Positions 27,594-38,500 of a stretch of DNA of 44,167 nt are shown here, one piece after another. Where the stretch lies: contig CANQZD010000045.1 of NCBI GenBank assembly GCA_947628275.1, forward strand, positions 1 through 44,167. Reading direction: 5' to 3'. Both the position numbers and the translations under genes were made by a program. Below the pieces are notes generated by a model, which made no database searches, was not told the DNA's origin, and was given only the letters and a program-made list of their open reading frames with translations. How positions within the stretch are numbered: position 1 is the stretch's first letter; the number at the start of each line of letters is the position of its first letter. This DNA comes from an uncultured Bacilli bacterium (GTDB lineage Bacteria; Bacillota_I; Bacilli_A; RF39; UBA660).

Positions 27594-30205
27594 CTCTTAA
27601 CCTCCGTATAATCTTTAAAAAATTTATTATATAACGGTTTTACTAATTCCTCTAAAACAAAAACCCCAAAACAGATTCCTAACATTACTAATACACTTTT
27701 AAATTTTAAACCGCTAACAATAAAGAACTTAGATAATCCTGTTGTTAAAACTAAAATTTGAATTATTATAAGTCCTACTAAACTTATTATTAAACGTTTA
27801 TTTTCCAAAAATTTTTTATTAAACACTGGTTTTTTTAAATTCTTACAAGATAATGAATACAATAATTCATTTGCTATTAAATAAATAAACATTAAAGACC
27901 CAGCATAACTTGCATCATAATTATTAGCATAATATAAGAATAATATTATCATAATTGCTGATTTAAAAAGAGCACTTATAATAATTTTAGCATTTAAAAA
28001 CGGAGTAAAAAAACTAGAATTAGATCTATTACATGGCATATCTTCCATTATATCATCATCAGATTTTTCAAAAGCCAACATGATGGCTGGAATAGAATCT
28101 GTTACTAAATTAATCCATAAAAGTTGTAACGTCGTAAACATTTCCATATTTAAAAGCATTGATACAAACACTAAAATTACTTCAACTATATTCCCTGCTA
28201 ATAAGTACAAAATAACTTTTTTGATATTTGCCGTTATTCTTCTTCCTTCTTCAACTCCATCAACAATAGTTGAAAAACTATCATCAACCAAAATACAATC
28301 AGCGACTTTTTTAACAACTTCCGTTCCCGTTATTCCCATGCCTATTCCAATATCAGCTTTTTGAATTGCTGGGGCATCATTTACTCCATCACCAGTCATT
28401 GCTACTACATATCCTTGCTGTTGTAAAGCTTCAACAATTCTTAACTTAGTATTTGGACTAATTCTAGCATAAACTTGATAATACTTTACGGCTTCAACAA
28501 GCTCATCATCAGTCATTTTATCAACAAATTTTCCTTCTATTGCCATATCATCACTATCAATAATATTGACTGATTTTGCAATAGCAATAGCTGTATTAAT
28601 ACTATCGCCAGTTATCATCACTGGTTTTAAACCTGCCTTATGACAAATTGCAATTGCATTTAAAACACTATCTCTTGGTGGATCCATCATTCCAATTAAA
28701 CCAATAAAAATCATATCATGTTCTGGATTATTAACATTCTCATCTTTATAAGCAAAAGCCAGTAATCTTAAAGATTGAGCAGATTGCTCTTTTTCTATAT
28801 CAAATATCTTTTGCCGATATTCTTTAGTCATCACCAATTTTTTACCATTTATTATATAATGTGAACAATTATTAATAACCGAATCTAAACTACCTTTAGT
28901 AAATGAATAAACTTTATCTTCTAATTGATTTACGGTACTCATCATTTTTCGGTCAGAATCAAAAGGATATTCTTTTATTCTTTTATACTTATTAACAACG
29001 TTATTATTAATTTTCTCTAAATACTTATATATTGAAACTTCAGTTTCATCGCCAATATATATATCATTATTTTTAGTAACATTTTGACAATTACAAGCAC
29101 AATTGCTAAGTAATTGTAAATTAGGAATATCATCAGTATCAGTATACAGCTTATCATTAACATATATTCTTTTAACTACCATTTTATTTTGGGTGATTGT
29201 CCCTGTTTTATCTGAGCAAATAATATCAGTTGAACCCAATGTCTCAACCGAAGCCATTTTTCTAATAATAACATTCTTTTTAGCCATTGCTGTCATACCT
29301 AAAGATAAAATAATCGTAATTATCGAAGACAATCCTTCTGGAATAGCCGCTACAGCTAAAGATATTGACAACATTAAAATATCAAAAAAATCATTTTTCT
29401 TAATTAAACCAATTATTAACATCACCACAATAATCGCTAATATTATATAAGTTAGTACTTTACTAATTTGATTAATCTTCTTTTGTAAAGGAGTTAAATC
29501 ACTTTTCTTATCAATTAGACTAGTTGCTATTTTACCAAGTTCAGTTTTCATACCCGTAGAAGTAACTACTACAAAAGCATGACCATTTGTCACATTACAA
29601 CCAGCAAAGACCATATTTTTCCTGTCATATAACTCTTTTTCTTCATTAATATTCTTGTTATCTTTCTTTATAGATTTCGATTCACCAGTAAGTGTCGATT
29701 CATTTACCTCTAAACTTTCTGAAGTAATTACTCTAGCATCAGCCGAAACATAGTCTCCCGCTTCTAACTCTAAAATATCACCAACAACAACATTTCGTAC
29801 ATCAATTGACTTTTTTAGGCCATTTCTTATAACATAATTATTAGTAACAAACATTTTATTCAATTCTTGAATAGCCACATCAGCTTTTTTTTCTTGAATA
29901 AAACTTAATATGGCATTTATTATAACAATTACAATTATAATAATTGAATCAATATAAGACTCATTTCGAACATAAGAAACAAAACTTGAAAATAAAGAAG
30001 CACAAATTAATAAAATAATCATAAAATCATTAAATTGATTAAAAAATAATACCAAGTTAGATTTTTTCTTTTTCTCTGCTAATTTATTTTCTCCATCTTT
30101 TAATAACCTTTTTTCAGCTTCTGCATCTGTTAAACCTTTTTCACTTGTTCCTAATCTTTTATAAAGTTCTTCAACTTTTTCATTATATACATTTTCTTTT
30201 TTCAT
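27590..30205 (-). CDS. P2A-type (Ca2+-transporting-like) P-type ATPase
   Basis: TGES, PEGL, DKTGT, DPPR, TGD, GDGVND and WINLVTD motifs. Confidence 0.93.
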   Translation of the reverse strand: MKKENVYNEKVEELYKRLGTSEKGLTDAEAEKRLLKDGENKLAEKKKKSNLVLFFNQFNDFMIILLICASLFSSFVSYVRNESYIDSIIIIVIVIINAILSFIQEKKADVAIQELNKMFVTNNYVIRNGLKKSIDVRNVVVGDILELEAGDYVSADARVITSESLEVNESTLTGESKSIKKDNKNINEEKELYDRKNMVFAGCNVTNGHAFVVVTSTGMKTELGKIATSLIDKKSDLTPLQKKINQISKVLTYIILAIIVVMLIIGLIKKNDFFDILMLSISLAVAAIPEGLSSIITIILSLGMTAMAKKNVIIRKMASVETLGSTDIICSDKTGTITQNKMVVKRIYVNDKLYTDTDDIPNLQLLSNCACNCQNVTKNNDIYIGDETEVSIYKYLEKINNNVVNKYKRIKEYPFDSDRKMMSTVNQLEDKVYSFTKGSLDSVINNCSHYIINGKKLVMTKEYRQKIFDIEKEQSAQSLRLLAFAYKDENVNNPEHDMIFIGLIGMMDPPRDSVLNAIAICHKAGLKPVMITGDSINTAIAIAKSVNIIDSDDMAIEGKFVDKMTDDELVEAVKYYQVYARISPNTKLRIVEALQQQGYVVAMTGDGVNDAPAIQKADIGIGMGITGTEVVKKVADCILVDDSFSTIVDGVEEGRRITANIKKVILYLLAGNIVEVILVFVSMLLNMEMFTTLQLLWINLVTDSIPAIMLAFEKSDDDIMEDMPCNRSNSSFFTPFLNAKIIISALFKSAIMIILFLYYANNYDASYAGSLMFIYLIANELLYSLSCKNLKKPVFNKKFLENKRLIISLVGLIIIQILVLTTGLSKFFIVSGLKFKSVLVMLGICFGVFVLEELVKPLYNKFFKDYTEVKR

Positions 30206-30223
30206 ACTTTTCCCTCTTTACTT

Positions 30224-30409
30224 TTAATGAATAAAATAAGATGCAATAAATAAAATAATTACAAATAGTAAAATAAATATGGCAATTATTGTTCCAATAT
30301 TTATAAAAATATAATATTTATGACTCCTCATCAATAAACCACAATTCCGGCAAAAAACATCGCCTTCTCGATTTAAAGATTTACAATTATAACAATTTTT
30401 CATACTCAT
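30224..30409 (-). CDS. zinc-ribbon single-TM microprotein
   Basis: CYNC...FCRNCG followed by one long hydrophobic helix. Start at 30409 or 30403. Confidence 0.75.
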   Translation of the reverse strand: MSMKNCYNCKSLNREGDVFCRNCGLLMRSHKYYIFINIGTIIAIFILLFVIILFIASYFIH

Positions 30410-30412
30410 CAC

Positions 30413-31578
30413 TCACAATCTTGCCTTTATTAGTTCAATTATTTCTTTACTGCTTTGCAAACAATTATTATCATGTAAATAAAAATCATGAATTGCTTCA
30501 GCAATTGTCTCATCAGCTATTAGCACATCATTTTCATCTTTAACCCCAGCATATTTAGAAATTGTTAAAGCAAATTCATCAAGATTTAAATTAGTCATAT
30601 ATTTACTATTATAATTATTTAAAGCTTGAGTAACAATTTTCCTAGAAAAATCCCCCGTTTCATAATTTTTTACTACTTCATTAATTTTATCTTCATTTTC
30701 TTTAGTAACAAAAGTAATATTTTCTAAACCATTTTCTCTTAAAAAAATTACAAAAGTTATATAATGACCTAATTCATGAGAAATAGCTGATTCCCAAGTT
30801 GCATCCTTAACATACCAATCTTCTCCAACAACCCTTTCCAAAGAATTATTCATAATTTCTTCATTTAAAAAATAATAACTATTTAATAATATCTGAGTTT
30901 TATTTACTTTATTATATTTTGTTATATCTTCACTCGGATTTACAAATTGATACATTGGTTGAAAATAAGCAATATATTCTGATTTAGTTTTAGCATTAGT
31001 AATAGAAATATTAGTTAATGCTCCCTTTATATTAGGAAACAAATTATACATTTTATCAATAACCATTTTTATTTTTTCTGCTTCATTATAACTTATATCA
31101 CAAAAACTAACATCCGCTATTAAATAAGAACTTTCAAGTTCATTTTCTAGACTTAAAGTTTCAAGATCATTAGAGCACTTAAAATTTTGATGTTTTAAAT
31201 CATCTCTTATAATTTTAGTCGCGTCTTCTAAACTATTTATCTTTTTTTTATTATAAATATTATCATTTTTAATAATTGCTGTATTATATCCATAAACATA
31301 ACTATCAATCTGTCTTTTAACATAATATAGAGGTTTAAATATATCATCTTTTCTAACTATTCCTACTAATATAAATGAAATACCAGCCAATAAAACCAAA
31401 GTTATCATTATCGAAAATCGAGCATTTTTTTTTACTCCAGCTCCCTTTAAAATATTTTCAACATTTTCTTTATCTTTTAAAAATTTATACCCTTGGCTGT
31501 CCAATATCCACATTTATAACAAAAATTATCATCATTTTCTATCTCTGTTGCATTACAATTTTTATTTAAGCATTTCAT
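30413..31578 (-). CDS. zinc-ribbon/TM/HExxH metallopeptidase, interrupted by a -1 frameshift near 31480-31492
   Basis: AGGTGG RBS and ATG 31578 give MKCLNKNC..FCYKCGYWTAKGINF* (31578-31477). The -1 frame continues KFLKD.., TM, HELGH, SKYA, ETIAEA to 30413. Confidence 0.75.
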
Positions 31579-31600
31579 TTAAACCACCTATTATAAAACA

Positions 31601-31631
31601 ATTATAACACTAGTTTCACACAGGAAGTCAA
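31601..31631 (-). promoter_or_regulatory. promoter of the five-gene operon
   Basis: TGt-TATAAT extended -10 (hexamer 31606-31601). TTGACT lies 19 bp upstream. Confidence 0.55.
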
Positions 31632-31704
31632 TAACAAATTAAAAACACCCAAAGTCCTTTACTAATTATTATAAAAAAAGATAGACTTATCAACTATAAA
31701 TTAT

Positions 31705-34700
31705 CTATTCATTTTCATAAGTTAATAAGTCTCTAATATCTTTTTCAGTTAAATTTTTAATAAATGAGCCATCATCTGTACCATCTTCAATTAATTTATC
31801 ACTTAATATTTTCTTTCTTTCTTGTAAATCTAAAATTCTTTCTTCAATTGTATTTTTACAAATAATTTTAATCACATCAACCACTTTAGTTTGACCAATC
31901 CGATGTGTCCGATCAGTAGCTTGATTTTCTACTTGAGGATTCCACCATAAATCTAGATGAATAACTACATCAGCACTCGTTAAATTAAGACCAGTTCCAC
32001 CACTTTTTAACATAATTAAAAATACATTAGTATCATCATGATTAAAAGCCTTAACTAATTCTAATCTCGTTTTACTTTTTACATCACCAGCAATTGTATA
32101 ACTTGTAATTCCATTTTTATCAAACTCTTTTTTAACAATTTCTAAGGCTGTTTTAAAACTAGTAAATAACAATATTTTATGACCATTTAAAATACATTCT
32201 TTAACAACTTTAATTAATTCCTCAATCTTACTAGAATTCTTTTCATAATCTGGAAAAAGAATAGCTGGGGTTATACAAATCTGTCTTAACTTCGTAAGTA
32301 AGCTTAAAATAATCATTTTATTTTTAATAAATCCCCCATTTTCAATAGCCTTATTCATTAACAAATTAGCTTCAGCAACAGCAGCTGCATAAATTTTCTT
32401 TTGTTCTTCTTCCAAATCAACTATAATAGTATTTTCAATTTTATCAGGTAATTCCTTAGCCACATCACTCTTTTTTCTTCTAAGTAAAAAAGGTTTAATT
32501 TGTTTTTTTAAATTACCTAACAACTCTTTTACTTCATCATCAAAATCTTCTTTCATTTTATACTTTTGACTAAAATTAGTAATATTTCCTAAAAAACCTG
32601 GCATAATAAAATCAAAAATATTCCATAATTCAATAACTGAATTTTCAATTGGTGTTCCCGTTAAAGCGATTTTAGTAACAGCATTAATTTTCTTAACCGT
32701 TTTAGAAATATCAGTCATCGGATTTTTAATTGCTCCAGCTTCATCAATTATCATAGCTTTAAAATCTAAAGCTTGATAAAAATCATAATCTTCTTTTAAT
32801 AATCCATAACTAGTAATATAAATATTACCATCATACTTTTTTAAAGCTTCTAATCGTTGATTTTTAATCCCAGCAAAAACCTGATACTTCATTTCTGGTC
32901 CAAACTTATTAAATTCTTCTTCCCAATTATAAACTAATGAAGTCGGGACAACAATTAAAACTTTATCATCTTTTTCTAATATTTTTCTTAAAAAGACAAT
33001 CGTTTGAAAAGATTTCCCTAAGCCCATTTCATCTGCTAAAATACCCCCAAAACCACATTTATATATTGTATAAAGCCATTTTACACCCTCAACTTGATAA
33101 TCTCTTAACCGCTCTTTTTCATCTTTAGTAAACTCTACTTTACAATTTTTATATTCTTTAAAATTATTAATAAAAAGATTAAAAGAATCATCAGTTTCAA
33201 TAATATTAGATTTAGCTTTTATACTATCTAAATAAAGAGCTCTAAATTTAGGAATTTTCCCATCTAATTCATCAGTTAATTGTAATTCTTCTTTTAAATT
33301 TTCTAATTCTTTTATCTCATCACTACCAATATCAATAATATCTCCACTTTTTAACCGATAATATTTTTTCTTTTGTTTTAAAGAAGCAAAAATATTTATT
33401 AATTCATTTTCTTCTACACCTTCTAAAGCTAAATGATAATTTAAAATCTGATTCATGCCTAAATGAAAAGTTGAAGATACTTTAGGCTTTCTAATAATAT
33501 CAGTTTCCTTTAACTTTTCTGAAGTATAAACTGGATATTTACTACTAAGTTCTTCTAAACCAACTTCTAAAAATAAAACCATATCATCAATATCTTCTAA
33601 TATAATATTATCTTTTTGCAATTTAAAACCGTATTTTAATATTTCCTCAAAACAACTATTTTCAAATTCTCTATCTCGTAAAATTACTTCATCATCTTTA
33701 AGCTTCGTATATAAAACTTCATATTCATCATAAAGAAAAACTATTTTAGCTGAAATATAATCACTTTCTAAATCAAAATAATAACTTACTTTAGGCTCTT
33801 TAGATATAACTAAATTAGTTACTGAAGAATCAATTTTAATTTGTTTTTTTAAAAACGGTAGCAAATAATTTTTAAAATTTAAAAACTGTTGTTCATCAAA
33901 CAATAACTCATTTAAATTATTATTTTTTAATTCACTATATAATTTTCTTTCTTTATAATTCAAATGATAAATATTATTTTGATACCATATATATTCAAAA
34001 TCTCTTGTTAATAAATAAGCATCATTATAATTACATTGCAAATTTAAACGATAATACTTATCTTCTTTAGTAAGCAATGCGTCGAAGAAAAAACCATTTT
34101 TAATTTTAACTTTTTTATTTAGATTATCAATTTCAATTTCTTCTTCTTTTTCTAAATATTGCTTTAAAATATTATCATCCATTTTAAAATCTCTTAAATT
34201 AGCATAATTAAAAGTTCTTTCTAAATAACGCAGAAAATCCTCATCTTTTTTAGAAAAATAATACTTATCAGGATCATAAGTAAAAGATATTCCAAAACTA
34301 TATTTTTCTTCATTATAATAAGCCTGTAAAAAATCCCAAAACTTTTTATTTAAAACATACAATTTATCATCACCAATTTTAACCTTCAAATTGGTTTCAA
34401 TTCTATTACCCCGATAACTAGAATAAAAATTTAAATTTAACGATGCTCTTAATTGTAATTGTTTTTTTACTCCCAAAGATTTAGAATTATAATTATTTTT
34501 TAAACGATTCAAAAACAATTTACTTTTTTCTTCTAATTTAAACTTAGTTGTTCCTGTTTCAAATATTTCATTACTATAACTAATTAAACATGCCGCTAAA
34601 TGTTCACAAGAATGAAAATGATAAAATTTTGAACAATCACAAAAAAAACGAAAACGATTTTGATTTTTTAAAATATGAACATTATAATCTACCCGATAAT

Positions 34701-34842
34701 TATATACTACAAAAATAAAATGCTTTCCACTATTATTAGTATATGGTTCATCCATATAAATATTATCTTCATCATATTCTAAGCCTAATTCATAATCGTC
34801 TTTATTAACAATTTGTAATATTAACTTTTCAATGTTATTCAA
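31705..34842 (-). CDS. SWIM zinc finger SNF2-family helicase/ATPase
   Basis: CDC-x8-CEH SWIM, LADEMGLGKS, DEAG, LTGTP.EN, LRR.K and QATDRTHRIGQ motifs. TTG start with GGAGG RBS. Confidence 0.93.
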   Translation of the reverse strand: MNNIEKLILQIVNKDDYELGLEYDEDNIYMDEPYTNNSGKHFIFVVYNYRVDYNVHILKNQNRFRFFCDCSKFYHFHSCEHLAACLISYSNEIFETGTTKFKLEEKSKLFLNRLKNNYNSKSLGVKKQLQLRASLNLNFYSSYRGNRIETNLKVKIGDDKLYVLNKKFWDFLQAYYNEEKYSFGISFTYDPDKYYFSKKDEDFLRYLERTFNYANLRDFKMDDNILKQYLEKEEEIEIDNLNKKVKIKNGFFFDALLTKEDKYYRLNLQCNYNDAYLLTRDFEYIWYQNNIYHLNYKERKLYSELKNNNLNELLFDEQQFLNFKNYLLPFLKKQIKIDSSVTNLVISKEPKVSYYFDLESDYISAKIVFLYDEYEVLYTKLKDDEVILRDREFENSCFEEILKYGFKLQKDNIILEDIDDMVLFLEVGLEELSSKYPVYTSEKLKETDIIRKPKVSSTFHLGMNQILNYHLALEGVEENELINIFASLKQKKKYYRLKSGDIIDIGSDEIKELENLKEELQLTDELDGKIPKFRALYLDSIKAKSNIIETDDSFNLFINNFKEYKNCKVEFTKDEKERLRDYQVEGVKWLYTIYKCGFGGILADEMGLGKSFQTIVFLRKILEKDDKVLIVVPTSLVYNWEEEFNKFGPEMKYQVFAGIKNQRLEALKKYDGNIYITSYGLLKEDYDFYQALDFKAMIIDEAGAIKNPMTDISKTVKKINAVTKIALTGTPIENSVIELWNIFDFIMPGFLGNITNFSQKYKMKEDFDDEVKELLGNLKKQIKPFLLRRKKSDVAKELPDKIENTIIVDLEEEQKKIYAAAVAEANLLMNKAIENGGFIKNKMIILSLLTKLRQICITPAILFPDYEKNSSKIEELIKVVKECILNGHKILLFTSFKTALEIVKKEFDKNGITSYTIAGDVKSKTRLELVKAFNHDDTNVFLIMLKSGGTGLNLTSADVVIHLDLWWNPQVENQATDRTHRIGQTKVVDVIKIICKNTIEERILDLQERKKILSDKLIEDGTDDGSFIKNLTEKDIRDLLTYENE

Positions 34843-34857
34843 AAATTTACCTCCCTT

Positions 34858-35517
34858 TTATTTTTTCTTTCTAGCTAATATTTGATACTCACTTTTTAAT
34901 TTTTCTAAATCACTATTTTCTTTCTCATCAGCTAATATTATTATTCCCAAAAAAATCCCATTTAAAAGCAAATAAGTTATAGTGTCTAAAATAGCGTCTC
35001 CTCTACTTTCTAATTCATTTTGATATATAGCTTTTTCTTTATTTAAAATTTGAATATTATAAGTTGGATAATTATTTGCTTCATCAATTGTCTCACTATA
35101 AACTGGAAATTCTGATTCTTTAGTTAAATATTCATTCAAAAGTTTTGGATTACTTACAATATCTTTAATATCTTCTTCTTTAATATTTTGATAAGAATAA
35201 ACACAACGCATCTGACGATATAATCCCTCACTTGTTTTTTCCCAAGCCGTATTATATAAAACTAATAACTTTACATCTTTATAACCATTTAAAGTCTTTT
35301 TTTCTATATCTAACATTGGTTTAGTTTTTTCATCATCTTCATTAACATTTTCAATAGCTGGAACATAATACCTTAACATATCCTCAGTAAAAGGAGTCAT
35401 ATGATTGCTTTTAAAAAGTAAATAAGTTGCTGCAACTAAGCCAATTTTAGAACAACCAGATATCTTTTTTAATTTTTCACGATATTTAATTTCCTTTTTC
35501 ATTTCATCTAAAGTCAT
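34858..35517 (-). CDS. hypothetical protein with N- and C-proximal hydrophobic segments
   Basis: About 219 aa. AAAGAAGG RBS before ATG 35517. Confidence 0.7.
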   Translation of the reverse strand: MTLDEMKKEIKYREKLKKISGCSKIGLVAATYLLFKSNHMTPFTEDMLRYYVPAIENVNEDDEKTKPMLDIEKKTLNGYKDVKLLVLYNTAWEKTSEGLYRQMRCVYSYQNIKEEDIKDIVSNPKLLNEYLTKESEFPVYSETIDEANNYPTYNIQILNKEKAIYQNELESRGDAILDTITYLLLNGIFLGIIILADEKENSDLEKLKSEYQILARKKK

Positions 35518-35560
35518 TATCGAGCCTTCTTTCATAATTTTTTATTATATTAAATTAAAC

Positions 35561-38500
35561 TTAAATGTCAAGTAAATTAAAGCTCTCAAGAATTATAGAA
35601 TACAAATATGTTTTAACCGGCTTTTTAAAGGTTTTGACAATATATTCTTTATAACCCTTTAATTGGGTTAAATACTCTTTACTAGAAACATTTTGTAATT
35701 TATAATCAATTATTAAAATTTCATTTTCTTTAACAATTAATAAATCAATTATTCCATGCAATAATTCATCTTCATTAGAACTTATAAATTCATATTCATG
35801 AAATATTTTATCACTTAAACTATTTTTAATAATTTCACTATCCAAAAATACTTTTATCTTATTTCTAATAAAATTATCAGAAATTAAATCTAACCGCGGC
35901 TTATTAAAATCTAAATATTGTAAAGTTTCATGAAACTTCGTTCCTAATTTCATATTTTCCAGTTCTTGTAACGTATTCAATTCATTTGTTTTTTTAGAAA
36001 AAGTTTTTTGTTCTTCTCTATTATTATCTTTTTCTAATTCCATAACCATTAACTTAGAAGCTTCAACCTTTTTTATTTCTTTTGTTTTAGGAGTCAAATA
36101 TGCTTTTGATACTTTAATATCATCTACTTGTTTAATATATGGTTGATAATATTTTTTTAATAAAGCCAAAAAGTCAGCAAAAGACCGAGCTTTTAATTTT
36201 ATATTATCCGTTATTTTACTATTTAAAACCAATTTATCATTATTTGGAAGTAAAAAAATCATTTTTTCTTTACTTCTAGTTAAAGCTACATAAAATAATC
36301 TAATCTTTTCAGATATTTCTTCCATATAAAAATTATTTTTAACTAATTCTTTAACAAAAGTTGTATAAATACCTTCTTTATCTATAGAACTTACTAATCC
36401 ATACTTTTTAGAATATAAAAAATGTTCTTTAATATCCGCTAAATTAAATTTTTTATATAATCCTGAATAATAACACACGGGAAACTCTAAACCTTTAGAA
36501 GCATGAATAGTCATTAATTTTACACAATTATCATTTTTCTTTTCAAAACGATACTTTAATTCTAATTTATAATCAACCAAATTATTTAAATAATTAGTAA
36601 AGTCCTCATAAGTATAACCAAATCTACTACACTCAATAACAAAATTTTTAAAATAATCAACTAATACCATTCCATCATTTATATTACCAATACTAATCAT
36701 TTTCTCATAATAATTAGTTACTTCTAAAATTTCATCTAAAATTATTCTTAAAGGCTTAGCATCTATTCCTAAAAGAACAGGTTTAAAAGTTTTTATAACT
36801 TCTGAATCATAATATAAATTATTTGTAACTATCTGATATATCTCTTCATCAGTTAAATTAAATAAAAAACCTCTAGCTAAAGTAACAAATGCCATTTTAA
36901 AGTCTTCATCTTTTTCTTTATCAGCCATTTTATTAATTAATAAAAAAGCATTTTTTAAAGTTTGGAAATGAATATTACTTTTAATTTGTTCATCATAATA
37001 AGCATGAATAGGAATACCTAAATAATTAAAAATTTTTTGATAAAGTAAAAAGTCACTACCCCGATCCATTAAAATACAAAAATCTTCATATTTAATTTCT
37101 CTTAAAGTTTTATTACTAACTACTTTTTCTTTATTTAAAATCCGTTTTTTAATATCATTAGCAATATAAAAAGCTTCCAATTCTTCTTTTAAATATTCTT
37201 TAGAAGGTTCATAACTAATAATTTCCATATTATAGTCACAATTATCTTTAATCTCTTCATAACTTTTATTACCAAAAACCATTTGATGCTCTAAAAAGTA
37301 ATTAGCGCCACCTAAAGCATCACTCATTAAAGGATTAAAAAGCAAATTAATATTAGTTAATACTTCTTTCCTAGAGCGAAAATTATCTATCAAATCAATT
37401 TTATAACCATTCTTTTCATCTTTGTATAACTCATATTTTTCTTTAAATAAATTCGGATTAGCATTTCGAAACCGATAAATACTTTGTTTTATATCCCCAA
37501 CCATATAAATATTATCTTGACCAATTAAATTAATAAAAGCTTCTTCTAAATCATTGGTATCTTGATATTCATCTACCATAATTTCTTTAAATTGTTCTTT
37601 TAACTCTCCTAAAATATGAGGATGAATTTTCACTAAATAATAGGCAATTTTAAAAATAGTTGTAAAATCAAAATAACCAAGTAAAGTCTTTTTTTCTTCA
37701 TAAAGTTGAAAATAATCTTTTAAAATATTAATTAATACTGACGTATTATCTTTTGTTTTAAAATAATCTTCTTTCAAATCATCTTTAAAACCAAATTTTA
37801 CTAAATTTTTTAATTCTTTTAAAGTAGCTGATATATCATCTTTAACCATTTTAAGTTCTAAAGACGCATCTTTTGATAATCTTGGTAAAACAATCCCACT
37901 TAAAAGCTTTACATCAGAATAACCTTGAGCCTTAAACAAATTTTGTAAAGCATCATTTAATTTATCACAATAATTTTTATCTATATAAGATACCTCTTCT
38001 ACAATATTTTCAATTTCTTGCACTTTATTTAAAACAATTTGTTCATATTCATTAAACAATTTTTCAAAATATTCATCATTATAATAATTAATTAAATAAT
38101 TATCTAAATATTCTTGAACATCTAATTTTAGTTCTAATTTCTTAGCAATATTTAAAAATTCATTTAATAAATTATCATCATCTTTAACACAAAAAGACTC
38201 AATAAGTTTAAAAAAATTAACATCTTCTTTTGTATAATAACTATCAAATACTTCCCTCATACATTCTTTTTGTAAAATATCAATTAAAGTATTATCACTT
38301 ATTTTAGGGTTACTTGGTAAATTTAACAAACAATGATATTTTTTTACTAAAAACAAGGCAAAAGAATCAAATGTACAAATAAATGATTCATCTAATTTAA
38401 GTAATTCATCTTGTAAATCGTCTTCTTTACTAATTGCCTGTCTAATTCGTTCTTTCATTTCTTGAGCAGCAGCATTCGTAAAAGTTAAAATTAATAATTC

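Noticed and set aside
31601-31631. MerR-type promoter (19-bp spacer) for the ATPase operon
   Set aside because: No convincing dyad in the spacer, the extended -10 suffices, and the ATPase is P2A rather than a heavy-metal P1B type.
9120-33128. Short antisense ORFs (9120, 9849, 12281, 18982, 20511, 24545, 26476, 27334, 28080, 29103, 31375, 32937)
   Set aside because: They lie opposite well-supported genes and have shadow-frame composition.
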